From IMG/VR virus record IMGVR_UViG_3300027640_000014, positions 1-32,606 of that record: 32,606 nt of DNA; one strand, 5' to 3'. Position numbers and translations under genes: made by a program. The number at the start of each line of letters is the position of its first letter. Position 1 is the stretch's first letter. This document shows, one piece after another, positions 16,395 to 25,505 of this stretch. The notes below the pieces were generated by a model that made no database searches, was not told the origin of the DNA, and saw only the letters and a list, made by a program, of their open reading frames with translations. This DNA is from a virus (lineage: Duplodnaviria; Caudoviricetes).

Positions 16395-16763
16395 GTGGCA
16401 ATGAGGGATACCGGAGCTTTATATACCGTACAAACAGATGACTCGGACTTTAAATCCTTGGCAACTTGTTTACGGTTTGGAGACAAGATGGACTGGGTGG
16501 GCTTCCACGATACCGGCCGGGGCCACCATATCACCGGAGAATTAGTCGGCGAGATAGAGGACGGTTTCATCTGGCAACAAAAGTACAAAGAGCGTGGTCA
16601 GGTGGTTGATGGATACCGACTGATCTTCAAGATGCTAACCCTGGAGGAGTTCAACAAGGTTTATCGCCCAAAGGTTGCCGGCAATGTGCCGGAGTTCCGG
16701 TCCACACATGATCTCCATGAGTGGTACCGGCGGCAGTTCGGGAGCAGGGGAAGTCATTACTAA
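16395..16763 (+). CDS. hypothetical protein, candidate immunity protein for the MuF effector
   Basis: Immediately downstream of long MuF, with its own promoter and terminator; AAAGGGG RBS (start could be ATG 16401). Confidence 0.65.
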   Translation: MAMRDTGALYTVQTDDSDFKSLATCLRFGDKMDWVGFHDTGRGHHITGELVGEIEDGFIWQQKYKERGQVVDGYRLIFKMLTLEEFNKVYRPKVAGNVPEFRSTHDLHEWYRRQFGSRGSHY

Positions 16764-16788
16764 AAAGACGGGCAGTACAAAGCAATTG

Positions 16789-16813
16789 AGAGCCGCAAGG
16801 CTCTTTTTGTTTT
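16789..16813 (+). terminator. intrinsic terminator
   Basis: AGAGCC-GCAA-GGCTCT followed by TTTTGTTTT. Confidence 0.8.
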
Positions 16814-16842
16814 GGCAAGGGCAGCCAAGTGGAGGTAATGCT

Positions 16843-17049
16843 TTGAACCAGGATATTGAGAACAGGTTTACATATCATCCCCTCAAGGAGGGCCAACCCG
16901 AGAAGTATACCAAGCTGCGCGAAAAGGCCAAGGAACTGGCATACATGATCGAAATACTGTGCCCGAATTCCAGGGAGAAGTCCCTGGCCATCACAAAATT
17001 GGAGGAAATGGTTTTCTGGGCCAACGCATCTGTGGCCCGGAACGAATAA
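16843..17049 (+). CDS. Acb2/Tad1-like helical-hairpin protein (68 aa), putative cyclic-nucleotide sponge
   Basis: IENRFTYH...GQPEKY..LR..AKELA..I...CPNSREKSLAITKLEE..FWANA; GGAGG RBS 7 nt before TTG 16843. Confidence 0.75.
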   Translation: MNQDIENRFTYHPLKEGQPEKYTKLREKAKELAYMIEILCPNSREKSLAITKLEEMVFWANASVARNE

Positions 17050-17076
17050 AAAAACCGGCCTGCCCTTGCCGGAATT

Positions 17077-17550
17077 TTGGAGGTGAATGTTTTGATAGTA
17101 TCTATCGACCCGTGCCATAACCCTTTAAGGGGATACGTCCAGTGTACCGGCTGCGGAACTCCCCTGGTTCATATGCAGGATAGCTGGCATGAACTCCTGG
17201 CCATGGAGGCTGCCCGGGCTAATGGGGAGGAATACAGCAGGGAGAAGTGCTGGAATACCCCCAGCAACTGGTACCCGTATATGATGGACAAGGCAGCAAG
17301 GATGCTCTGTGACCGGGTGGCTCATCACCTGTTCTGCCCGTACTGCGGCAAGCCTCTGACCCAACCCTTCATTTCGGACCTGACCGGGCAGCCGGCACTG
17401 CCTGAAGTGTACGGGAACAACTTCAAGGTCGTTCGGAGTTGGGCTGAAAGATCGGGCCTCCAGGACCTTCCGGTGGACGACTACCATAAGTGGGACGGTA
17501 TGGCCCGGGGGCAGCGCCAGCAGGGCAAGCCTAAAACGATTAGGAGGTAG
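17077..17550 (+). CDS. Zn-ribbon hypothetical protein
   Basis: CTGCG and CPYCG motifs; real start probably TTG 17092 after GGAGG. Confidence 0.6.
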   Translation: MEVNVLIVSIDPCHNPLRGYVQCTGCGTPLVHMQDSWHELLAMEAARANGEEYSREKCWNTPSNWYPYMMDKAARMLCDRVAHHLFCPYCGKPLTQPFISDLTGQPALPEVYGNNFKVVRSWAERSGLQDLPVDDYHKWDGMARGQRQQGKPKTIRR

Positions 17551-17556
17551 TGGTTT

Positions 17557-17721
17557 ATGGCTTACGTGGCGACTCAAACCCCTGCATGGGAACCAAGGTG
17601 CCGTATGTGCAAAGGATTTATATTCCCCAGGTATGTAATACAAAGACCATGCATGTGCAATGGGAAAAAGGCATTGCCTGTAGTAAAGGGGGTAACGTGT
17701 GGTGAAGGGCGAAAATGCTGA
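17557..17721 (+). CDS. Cys-rich microprotein (54 aa)
   Basis: Not in the track; AGGAGG RBS; MAYVATQTPAWEPRCRMCKG...PCMC. Confidence 0.45.
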   Translation: MAYVATQTPAWEPRCRMCKGFIFPRYVIQRPCMCNGKKALPVVKGVTCGEGRKC

Positions 17722-18232
17722 TTTCCTCACCGAGGGCCGGTTTATCAAGTCCGACTCCAAGCAGCGATATACTTTGGGTGTAGTTTACGAACCCCTGGTG
17801 GTTGACAGCCAGGATGAATACTCCACCGCCGAGGAAATCGAAAAGGCATGCTGGGAATTTAACCGGCTGCTGCGGGGGAGTTCCAAGGTGAACAAAATTG
17901 CCCTGGATTTTTTAGAACAGGTCCTAAAGGCTCTCCGGGAAGATAAAGAGATTACCCTGGACCTGACCGAACTTGAGGACGAGGTTGAAAAGGCCGGCGG
18001 GGTAGGTCTGGGCTTCATGCATGAACTTTGGGACGAGGACCTGGGGGAAATCGTAGAAAGCTATATCGCCCCGGATGATCTGGTTATCGTTAGCGAGAAA
18101 GTTAAGAAGGGTACCTGGCTCATGGGGATAGTCTGGTCCAGTGGGGTCTTTGAAAAAGTGGAAAATGGAGAAATTACCGGGCTGTCTATGGGGGGCAAGG
18201 CCACGAAGATCCCGGTCAAGGAGGTGATTTAA
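17699..18232 (+). CDS. XkdF-like putative prohead serine protease
   Basis: RYTLGVVYEP..VDSQ, EEIEKA, H...IVESYIAP, VKKGTWLMG, GEITGLSMGG. Confidence 0.85.
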   Translation: MVKGENADFLTEGRFIKSDSKQRYTLGVVYEPLVVDSQDEYSTAEEIEKACWEFNRLLRGSSKVNKIALDFLEQVLKALREDKEITLDLTELEDEVEKAGGVGLGFMHELWDEDLGEIVESYIAPDDLVIVSEKVKKGTWLMGIVWSSGVFEKVENGEITGLSMGGKATKIPVKEVI

Positions 18233-19318
18233 TTGCCGAAAAAGCTAATCAATCTAAGTATTGATGAAGTCAGTGGTGTTGACAAGGCGGCGAATAAACG
18301 CCGTTTTTTAATTGTCAAACGGGCCGAGGATAACACGGACCCCCTGACTGATCCGGATAAGCTTGGGCCTCTCCAGAAAGTAAAGAAAGCCATTGAGGAC
18401 ATCCTGAAGGGGGCCTTTGGTTCCGGTGAGGCCAAGGACCTGAACACTGTCCTAACCGAAAGAGCCATTGACGAAGGTATGTGGCAACTGACCAGCTCCC
18501 TGCGGGATTCCATTGACAGCATCCTTAGAGACGACACTGTAACGGACAAAAAGACCGCAGTGGCCACGGTGCTGCAGCAGTTCTTCGTTGCCCTGGCCGG
18601 ATCCGGGATACTGAAGGGTGAAGACCTGGCCAAGGCAGGGCGCAAAATAAGCGCCTCCAGGATGGAGATGTTAAAGCAGATGCTGGAACAACTCCAAAAA
18701 TTGATTTCAGAAGCTGAAGTTGTCCCGGATGACACCGGGGTTAATAAAAACCAAGGAGGGAATGAACCAGTGGAAAAAGTCACGATGGATATGCTCCCGG
18801 AGGATGTCCGGAAAGCCATTGAAGCGGTACCGCAACTGTCCCAGGCCCTGGAAGTCCAAAAGCAGGAGAACACCGATCTGAAAAAGCGGCTGGATGACCA
18901 GAAGGCAGAGAACGAGGACCTGAAAAAGCGGCTGGAGGCCTCCGAGGACGCCAAGGCCACCCAAGTCTATATCGCCAAGGCTGCCGGCTATAAGAACCTA
19001 CCCACCACCCCCCAGGAATTTGGTGAAATCCTCAAGGCTGTGGCCGAGAACAAGGCCACCCCCGAGCAGGTAGCCAAACTGGAAGGGATCATGAAGGGCG
19101 CCGACGAGGCCATTGAGAAGGGTAACCTGTATGGTGAGTTTGGCCGGAGCGGAGATGGCCCGACCCCCGGGTCGGCCTGGGAGGAAGTCGAGAAGAAAGT
19201 CGATGAACTGGTCCAGAAGGGGAACCTCACCAAGGCCGATGCCTATACCAGGGTGGCCAACGAGAATCCCGAGCTGTACCAGCGGTACGTCAGGGAGACT
19301 GAGGTGCGGGTAAGGTAA
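18233..19318 (+). CDS. capsid scaffolding protein (putative)
   Basis: N-terminal IDEVSGVDKAANKRRFLIVKR; coiled-coil rich; lies between protease and capsid genes. Confidence 0.7.
   Translation: MPKKLINLSIDEVSGVDKAANKRRFLIVKRAEDNTDPLTDPDKLGPLQKVKKAIEDILKGAFGSGEAKDLNTVLTERAIDEGMWQLTSSLRDSIDSILRDDTVTDKKTAVATVLQQFFVALAGSGILKGEDLAKAGRKISASRMEMLKQMLEQLQKLISEAEVVPDDTGVNKNQGGNEPVEKVTMDMLPEDVRKAIEAVPQLSQALEVQKQENTDLKKRLDDQKAENEDLKKRLEASEDAKATQVYIAKAAGYKNLPTTPQEFGEILKAVAENKATPEQVAKLEGIMKGADEAIEKGNLYGEFGRSGDGPTPGSAWEEVEKKVDELVQKGNLTKADAYTRVANENPELYQRYVRETEVRVR
18857..18939 (+). repeat. 42-bp imperfect tandem duplication in scaffold (14-aa double heptad)
   Basis: QKQENTDLKKRLDD / QKAENEDLKKRLEA; shared DNA ctgaaaaagcggctgga. 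Confidence 0.7.
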
Positions 19319-19358
19319 ATAGACCAGTGGAAAAACATGAAAAGAAAGGGGTTTAAAC

Positions 19359-19736
19359 ATGGGAGAAGCCTATGTCTTTGACATCAGCGCCAAGGCGGAA
19401 AATGACCTTTCGGCCAAGCAATATTACGCCGTTGAGCTTTCCGCCGCCGACCAAGTGGATGTGTGTGATAACGTTGCAGATATCCCTGTCGGGATACTGC
19501 AGAACAAGCCCCTGGCCGGGGAGGCTGCCCAGGTCAGGGTACAGGGGATCACCAGGGCAGTATCCGACGGCACCGTAGCCATAGCGGTTAATGATTGGGT
19601 CGGCACCGACGCCGCCGGCAAAGTGGTTAAAAAGGCGGTTGACAAGAACTTTGCCATTGGCCGGGCCATGGACGCCTCTGCCGCCGATGGCGTGATAATC
19701 CGTGTGCTGCTCCAGCCGACCTACCTGGGAGTGTAA
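19359..19736 (+). CDS. capsid cement/decoration protein (DUF2190-like)
   Basis: GILQNKP.AGEAA.V...G...I..ND.V.TDAAGK......IGRAM.A..ADG.II.V; immediately upstream of MCP. Confidence 0.8.
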   Translation: MGEAYVFDISAKAENDLSAKQYYAVELSAADQVDVCDNVADIPVGILQNKPLAGEAAQVRVQGITRAVSDGTVAIAVNDWVGTDAAGKVVKKAVDKNFAIGRAMDASAADGVIIRVLLQPTYLGV

Positions 19737-19781
19737 GTAAACTGGACGATTAACGAAAATAATTGAGGGAGGTAACAAACA

Positions 19782-20738
19782 ATGCCGAGTCCTGTTGGAA
19801 GGGATCTGTATGTAGACGCAATGCTGACCAATATCAGTATTGCCTACCGGAACCCGGATTATATTGCGGACCAGATTTTCCCCATCGTGCCAGTGAGCAA
19901 ACAATCGGGGATTGTGCCGAAATACGATCAGTCACACTGGTTCAGGGATGGCGCCAAGCTCAGGGCGCCGGGAACCAAGTCAACCGGCGGTGGCTGGACT
20001 GTGGAAAAGACCGACAAGTTTTTCTGCGACCGGTTCTCTTACCGCACGGAGATCAGCGACGACGACCGTGCCCTGGCCGATCTGCCCTTTAACCTGGACC
20101 GGGAGGCTACTGAATTCGTCACGGACAAGGCCCAACTACGCAGAGAACTGGCCTTTGCCGGTGACTTTTTCAAAACCGGCGTGTGGGGCACGGACAAGAC
20201 CGGTGGGGCTGACTTTACCCGCTGGAGCGACTACGCCGCCTCCTCGCCCCTGGTGGACATCGACGAGTACAAGGACGGCGTGGAGGCCCTGATCGGCCGG
20301 GAACCCAATACTTTCACGATGGGCAAGCAGGTGTGGCTCAAGCTGAAATGGCACCCTGACCTGATCGACACTATTAAGTACACTCAGAAAGGTCAGATGA
20401 CCGTTGACCTTTTTGCGGCCCTGACCGAGTTCGCCAAGGTACTGATCGGGCGCACCATCTACACCAATTCCCCGGAAGGGACCGCCGAGGCCAGCGTGAC
20501 CTACACCCGGGTCTGGGGGAAAAACGCCCTGGCTCTCTACGTCCCGGCAAATCCCTCCCTGATGACCCCGGCGGCAGGCTACACCTTTGTTTGGCGCCGG
20601 GTGATGCAGGCCCTTCAGTACATCAAGAGGATGCGCGACGAAGAGCGGGAGGTTGACGTCTTTGAGGTTAACACCAATTTTGACCAGAAGATCACCGGCG
20701 CTCGGGCCGGAGTTTACCTCAGCGGGGCGGTGGCCTGA
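19782..20738 (+). CDS. major capsid protein
   Basis: 318 aa; D..LTNISIAYRN..YIADQIFP.VPV.KQSG; IGREPN; position; strong codon bias. Confidence 0.88.
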   Translation: MPSPVGRDLYVDAMLTNISIAYRNPDYIADQIFPIVPVSKQSGIVPKYDQSHWFRDGAKLRAPGTKSTGGGWTVEKTDKFFCDRFSYRTEISDDDRALADLPFNLDREATEFVTDKAQLRRELAFAGDFFKTGVWGTDKTGGADFTRWSDYAASSPLVDIDEYKDGVEALIGREPNTFTMGKQVWLKLKWHPDLIDTIKYTQKGQMTVDLFAALTEFAKVLIGRTIYTNSPEGTAEASVTYTRVWGKNALALYVPANPSLMTPAAGYTFVWRRVMQALQYIKRMRDEEREVDVFEVNTNFDQKITGARAGVYLSGAVA

Positions 20739-21091
20739 TGCTAAACACAAAAGACACTAAGGTATGGGCGCGGAGGCCCCTGGGATACAACGGCAAGGAG
20801 TACGACAGGGGCCAGGTTTTTTCCCTGGCCGGGGCCAGGAATGATGAAAAACTGCTCAAATACGGATATGTTTCTCCGCTGGAAAAGGGCCAGGAAAAGA
20901 ACCTCCACAGTTGCCGTTTCTGTGGAGGTTCCTTTATTGGCGACACGGAACGGGATGAACACGGCCGGAAGCGACATACCAATAGGGTGCTTACTCCCTT
21001 TGAAGAAGACTCTGAGGCAGAACGAGAGGAAAGAGTACTTCAGGAGATAGCGCCTTTGACCATCCCGGAAAAGATGGAGGTAACGACGTAA
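20738..21091 (+). CDS. head-module hypothetical protein with C2H2-like motif
   Basis: TGATG coupling to MCP; CRFCG..F......EHGRKRH. Confidence 0.65.
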   Translation: MLNTKDTKVWARRPLGYNGKEYDRGQVFSLAGARNDEKLLKYGYVSPLEKGQEKNLHSCRFCGGSFIGDTERDEHGRKRHTNRVLTPFEEDSEAEREERVLQEIAPLTIPEKMEVTT

Positions 21092-21108
21092 TGGAAGGAG
21101 GGCATTGA

Positions 21109-21972
21109 ATGATAAAACAGCGCGGTAAATACGCCATCGATTGGCTGGAGGTAGCATCCTTCCTGTTTACTAAAAACTCCGGCCTGAAGGTTTACAATAG
21201 CACCGGCGGCACTCTGACGACAGGGACTCTGGTATATATCAACGGGTTTGACGCCACTACAGGGCTTCCCACAGTGGCCAAGGCGGCCAATACGGCAAAT
21301 CCTGCCCTGTTAGTGCTGAAGGCGGACATAGCCAACAACAAGTCCGGTGAGGCATACTTTGAGGCCGAGGTTACAGGGCTGGACACCTCCGGGAGCTCTG
21401 CGGTGGGCGCCCTGGTGTACCTGTCCAACACGGCGGGAGAGTTTACCTTTACGGCACCCACAGCAGCTGCTCAGGCTGTCCAGGTGGTCGGTGTGGTAAA
21501 AGCGAAAGCCGCAGCCGGGGCCATATATTTTTTCCCGGGCAGGTTCGCTCTGCAGAAGATCATTAAGTCGATGATTCAGGTTAACTCACTGGATGGGGCC
21601 GTGGTGGCCAATGTGGCCGACTCCAACACCACCGGAGGCATACCTGTGGTTTACAGGATCCCGGTACCGGATGGGGTCACCGGCAACGTGGATGTTGTGG
21701 TGGACCACAAAATCCGGGTTATTGATGCCTGGGTGGTGAAGACCGGCGGGGCCGGTGGGGCCGGGGACACTATACAAGTCAACAATGAAGCTGCGGCCAT
21801 CACCAACGCCATGGACATAAACGTGGCGGACAAAAAACTTGTCAGGGCCGGGGAAATTGACGACGCAGCGCATGAGATCGCCGCCGCAGGCACTCTCCGG
21901 GTTGTCAGGACAAAAGGATCGGTGGCAAATGTGGCCTGTATAGTCTACGTCAAGGCCCTGCGGATAGCATAA
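21109..21972 (+). CDS. virion structural/decoration protein (cement-like N-domain plus beta-rich C-domain)
   Basis: Gly/Ala/Thr/Val-rich; G.LVYLS.TAG.FT.TAP...VQVVG.V. Confidence 0.6.
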   Translation: MIKQRGKYAIDWLEVASFLFTKNSGLKVYNSTGGTLTTGTLVYINGFDATTGLPTVAKAANTANPALLVLKADIANNKSGEAYFEAEVTGLDTSGSSAVGALVYLSNTAGEFTFTAPTAAAQAVQVVGVVKAKAAAGAIYFFPGRFALQKIIKSMIQVNSLDGAVVANVADSNTTGGIPVVYRIPVPDGVTGNVDVVVDHKIRVIDAWVVKTGGAGGAGDTIQVNNEAAAITNAMDINVADKKLVRAGEIDDAAHEIAAAGTLRVVRTKGSVANVACIVYVKALRIA

Positions 21973-22030
21973 GCAATAATTGGGGTGGTGGGGCAGCCTG
22001 CCACCCTTAAATAAGGCGGAGGCGGTTAAG

Positions 22031-22516
22031 GTGCCGTATGTAGACGCTACTACAGTAAAAACCATGGCCTGCTGTAAGTACGAGGACTTGGGCCTGGCGG
22101 ACGATGCAGCTTTTACAACTCTGGTTAATACACTGATCAGTTGGGCCACCGGGGAAATGGACACCTACATGGGCAGGCACTACACGGACGCGGATATAAC
22201 AGCCGACACCACTGGGAAATTGTCTGGTGGCTTGAGCAGCGTCTGCTTTCAAGCGGTGGACAACTACCTGCTTTCCACAATCCAGAGAAGGCAGGCCCCG
22301 ATTATCAATATCAATGAATTCGTGGTCAAAAACCCCCCCAGGATCATTCTCACCAGGGCCATGAAAGAAACCCTGGAAGGCATTAAGAGTGACGGCCTGC
22401 CGTACCCTGAATACTACACCCCCACCAGGAGGTTTGATCATACAGAAACAGACCTGATATACCAGGGGAATGATGCTACAAGTCCGGTTGACAGTTCGGA
22501 CGATGAAAACGACTAA
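22031..22516 (+). CDS. head-tail connector/adaptor (putative)
   Basis: PY.....VK...LI.WA...MDTY.GR pattern; synteny; GGAGG before GTG 22031. Confidence 0.6.
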   Translation: MPYVDATTVKTMACCKYEDLGLADDAAFTTLVNTLISWATGEMDTYMGRHYTDADITADTTGKLSGGLSSVCFQAVDNYLLSTIQRRQAPIININEFVVKNPPRIILTRAMKETLEGIKSDGLPYPEYYTPTRRFDHTETDLIYQGNDATSPVDSSDDEND

Positions 22517-22530
22517 GGAAGGGGATTAAT

Positions 22531-22893
22531 ATGGCCGGCGGGGTAAAGCGGATGCCAAAATGGTCCGTAACCGGGAGTAGTAACGCCAATGCAGCCAAGA
22601 CAATCAATAAGGCTGCCGTGGCCGGAAAAAGGCATTATATCACCAGAGTTGACGTTTTCGTTAGTGAGGCGGCAGTAGGTGCCGCAGACATCACGGTGGA
22701 GCTAAAAGACGGCGCCACTACGGTATGGAAAGGGATTATCGGCACCGGGGCTGCCAGCGGGACAAAGATTGGCTTTGAGGATGAAGACGGGATCATATTA
22801 ACCGCGGAGGCCAGCCTTGTGGTGTCAGCGGGCGGGGTGGGGGTTATAACGGTACTCAATATGATCGGCTACACCAGGGGTGACAGCGAATGA
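22531..22893 (+). CDS. virion structural protein (beta-rich)
   Basis: A.AGKRHYIT; position in the neck module. Confidence 0.55.
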   Translation: MAGGVKRMPKWSVTGSSNANAAKTINKAAVAGKRHYITRVDVFVSEAAVGAADITVELKDGATTVWKGIIGTGAASGTKIGFEDEDGIILTAEASLVVSAGGVGVITVLNMIGYTRGDSE

Positions 22894-23372
22894 TAACCAT
22901 TCACTGGAACCCGGACGCCGGAAAACTTCTGATCCAGCACGGGAATAAAATGCCGTTTGTGGTAAAGGATGTGCTGACCAGGCTTGGGAGTATGGGTCAA
23001 AGCCACATGAAAAAGATTACCCCGGTAGACACGGCAAACCTCCGCAAACGGATAGGCTGGATCATTCCCGGAAAGCCCCAGGTCCATATTGGTACGAATG
23101 TGTCTTATGCTCCGATAATCCTTGGAGATACGCTGCCGTTTTGGATTGAAGCCAAGCCTGGGAAGGTGCTGGCCTGGGTCACCCGGGGGCACATCAGGCC
23201 GGCTACGAAGTATGGATGGAAAAGGGCAAGAGAACTGGGTATAGCAAGGTACGCCAAAAGGGTGAAGCACCCTGGCGGTGTTGACGCCCTTAATAAGACG
23301 AACGCTTATCTTGATGGACAGATCCCGGGTGTGGTAGCCTCCATTCTGAACAAGTACGGTATTACTGGGTAG
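22890..23372 (+). CDS. HK97 gp10-like tail completion protein
   Basis: TPVDTANLR, IGTNVSYA, AKRVKHPG. Confidence 0.78.
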   Translation: MITIHWNPDAGKLLIQHGNKMPFVVKDVLTRLGSMGQSHMKKITPVDTANLRKRIGWIIPGKPQVHIGTNVSYAPIILGDTLPFWIEAKPGKVLAWVTRGHIRPATKYGWKRARELGIARYAKRVKHPGGVDALNKTNAYLDGQIPGVVASILNKYGITG

Positions 23373-23458
23373 TCTGGCTAAACGGGTGGCTGTTAGAGAT
23401 GAATATTGCTCCAAAAGCATTGATGCTTCTCTGGAACAAGCTGGTAGGTGGAGATTAT

Positions 23459-23902
23459 ATGGGTTATGCCTCCGATTATTTTGCTATCCGGGATGAGATC
23501 AGAAACCTGATCGACACCGATGTGGACCCGGCCCTATCAGATATCCAGGAGATCATTTTCGGTGAAAAGCTACGGGTTGGGGAGTTAAAATTTCCTTGCA
23601 TATTCATCGTTCCGGGCAAATCTGGCAACGAGGATATGGAAATGCCCAACGAGCAGCAATTTGTCCACCCCTTTTCGTTGGTTATCGTTTTAAAAAATCA
23701 GGAGATTGAAACAGGTCTTAACCATTTGATTGCCAAGGCCGGACGCCTATTCGACCTTTTTATGAAAGAAAAAAGGGATCTCAACGGCAAATGCCTATAC
23801 GTCACAGTAAGACACATCGATCCCGGGTATGGCCAGGATGAGCAAAGCAAGGCCATCCTACACTGGTGCGAGGTCTACATGGAGGTAACGGTCCTCATAT
23901 AA
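23459..23902 (+). CDS. tail terminator (putative)
   Basis: FPCIFIVP motif; position between gp10-like gene and tube. Confidence 0.55.
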   Translation: MGYASDYFAIRDEIRNLIDTDVDPALSDIQEIIFGEKLRVGELKFPCIFIVPGKSGNEDMEMPNEQQFVHPFSLVIVLKNQEIETGLNHLIAKAGRLFDLFMKEKRDLNGKCLYVTVRHIDPGYGQDEQSKAILHWCEVYMEVTVLI

Positions 23903-23914
23903 GGAGGTGACACA

Positions 23915-24076
23915 TTGGTAAAGCTCAAATTCACCGGGGATTACGCCCGGGTGATCCCGGGACATGGCACGTACAGCCCGGGCCAGGAATGTGAAGTCAG
24001 CAAGGAGAAGGCCGATGAACTTAAAGCCACTGGCCTTTTTGTTGAGGTAAACAAAAAAATTAAGTCTGACGACTAA
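23915..24076 (+). CDS. small tail-region protein (53 aa)
   Basis: Not in the track; AAGGAGG RBS plus TTG; VKLKFTG...PGQECEVSKEKADELKATGLFVEV. Confidence 0.65.
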   Translation: MVKLKFTGDYARVIPGHGTYSPGQECEVSKEKADELKATGLFVEVNKKIKSDD

Positions 24077-24091
24077 AAGGGGGTAGTTTAA

Positions 24092-25036
24092 TTGCCGGGC
24101 TATGGTGCAAAGGGTCATGTGGGCCTTGCTAAAGAGGTGACTTGGGGTACCCCGGTGGCAGCCACCGACTATTTTGCTATTATATCAGAATCCCTGATCC
24201 ATGAGATTGAACAGGTTATGGAACAGGAGATTCGTGGGGTAATGGATGAACCTCCGCAGTATGAAGGTCTTAACTCTGTCCGGGGGGATATTGTTTGCCT
24301 GGCCAGGCCGGCCGGGATTGGATTCCTTTTGAGAAGCTGCCTGGGAGCACCTGTAACAACTGGTGCTGCGGCGCCGTACACCCACACATTTGATACAGCC
24401 AATGACTTTGCCGACGAATGTGCCCTTCCCCCTTACACCTTTGAGGTTAACCGTAACGTCAACCAAGCATGGCAGTTCGCCGGCTGCGTGGTAAACGAAC
24501 TAACGTTCGAGCTGGGGGTCACTCAAAAGCTACTGAAGGTTACCGCCGGGATCATGGGCAAACAGGTGGCCCTGATCGCGGCTACGGCACCCACCTTGGA
24601 AGCGGCAGACCCGTTTAAGTGGCTGCAGGCAGCTGTCCTGATCAACGCCGTGGCCATCAATGACATTGAAAATCTAAGGATCAAAATTTCCAACAACCTG
24701 GAATTTGTCGAGGCCATGAACGGGACAAAGTACCCGGCCAGGATACAAAGAAACGGCTACCGTACCGTGGATCTGGACCTGACCTTTGGTGTCTATAATA
24801 CCACCGAGTACACCAGGTTTACCGGCCAGGGTGAAACTGCGGCCTCCATCACCATCACCCAGGATGTCAATAATGAATTGAAGTTCAATATCTCAAAACT
24901 GAGATATGTCGGAATGCCGCTGGGGATGAGCGGCCCTGGCCGGCAGACGGTGGCCATCACCGCCAAGGCTAAATACGATGCCACCCTTGGCGGGGCCATC
25001 GAGGCCGTGTTGAAAAACTCCAAGGCTACATATTAA
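24092..25036 (+). CDS. major tail tube protein (non-contractile tail)
   Basis: VGLAKEVTWGTPV, PYTHTF, LP.YTFE, FAGCVVNEL; no sheath gene present. Confidence 0.85.
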   Translation: MPGYGAKGHVGLAKEVTWGTPVAATDYFAIISESLIHEIEQVMEQEIRGVMDEPPQYEGLNSVRGDIVCLARPAGIGFLLRSCLGAPVTTGAAAPYTHTFDTANDFADECALPPYTFEVNRNVNQAWQFAGCVVNELTFELGVTQKLLKVTAGIMGKQVALIAATAPTLEAADPFKWLQAAVLINAVAINDIENLRIKISNNLEFVEAMNGTKYPARIQRNGYRTVDLDLTFGVYNTTEYTRFTGQGETAASITITQDVNNELKFNISKLRYVGMPLGMSGPGRQTVAITAKAKYDATLGGAIEAVLKNSKATY

Positions 25037-25052
25037 AACGGGGGGTATATAT

Positions 25053-25505
25053 GTGAATTACATCCTTTTAACCAAAGCTCAGTTGCTGCAGGGCAGCCTG
25101 TACACTGAAGAACTGCAGATCGAGGGTATAGGAAGAGTAAAGGTCAGGGCCTTGTCTGACGGGGAAAGAACCGAGATTGAGGCGCAGTATATGATCGGCC
25201 TGCACGATGCAGGCATAACCCCCAAAGACCTCGGAGGCGGTAAACCGGAATTGACCATCGAGAAGACAGTCCACATGGCCAACTTGGCCAAGGAGAAGGA
25301 CTGGAAGATAGCAGCCAAGGCTCTGTCGGTGCCCGGTGGTGAAGAATGGTTTGTGGAGGACGCCAAGGGCCTTCACGAAGACATTATTTTAGCGGTCGTT
25401 CAAAAGGCAGAACTGCTGACCAGCGGAAAGAGGGGGCAGATCGAATCCTTTCCTGGACAGTCAGGAGGGTTGGGATCTGAAGTTGCTGGTGAGGCAGGGG
25501 TATAA
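25053..25505 (+). CDS. tail assembly chaperone (gpG-like)
   Basis: Between tube and TMP; G.VKVRALS..E; contains TCC TTT C shift site. Confidence 0.75.
   Translation: MNYILLTKAQLLQGSLYTEELQIEGIGRVKVRALSDGERTEIEAQYMIGLHDAGITPKDLGGGKPELTIEKTVHMANLAKEKDWKIAAKALSVPGGEEWFVEDAKGLHEDIILAVVQKAELLTSGKRGQIESFPGQSGGLGSEVAGEAGV

Noticed and set aside
16675-16842. N-terminal extension of the Acb2/Tad1-like ORF as given in the track
   Set aside because: It overlaps the upstream gene and spans a terminator. The RBS supports TTG 16843.
17049-17078. CCGGC/GCCGG hairpin after the Acb2/Tad1-like gene as a terminator
   Set aside because: The stem is short and the T-tract is interrupted; too weak to call.
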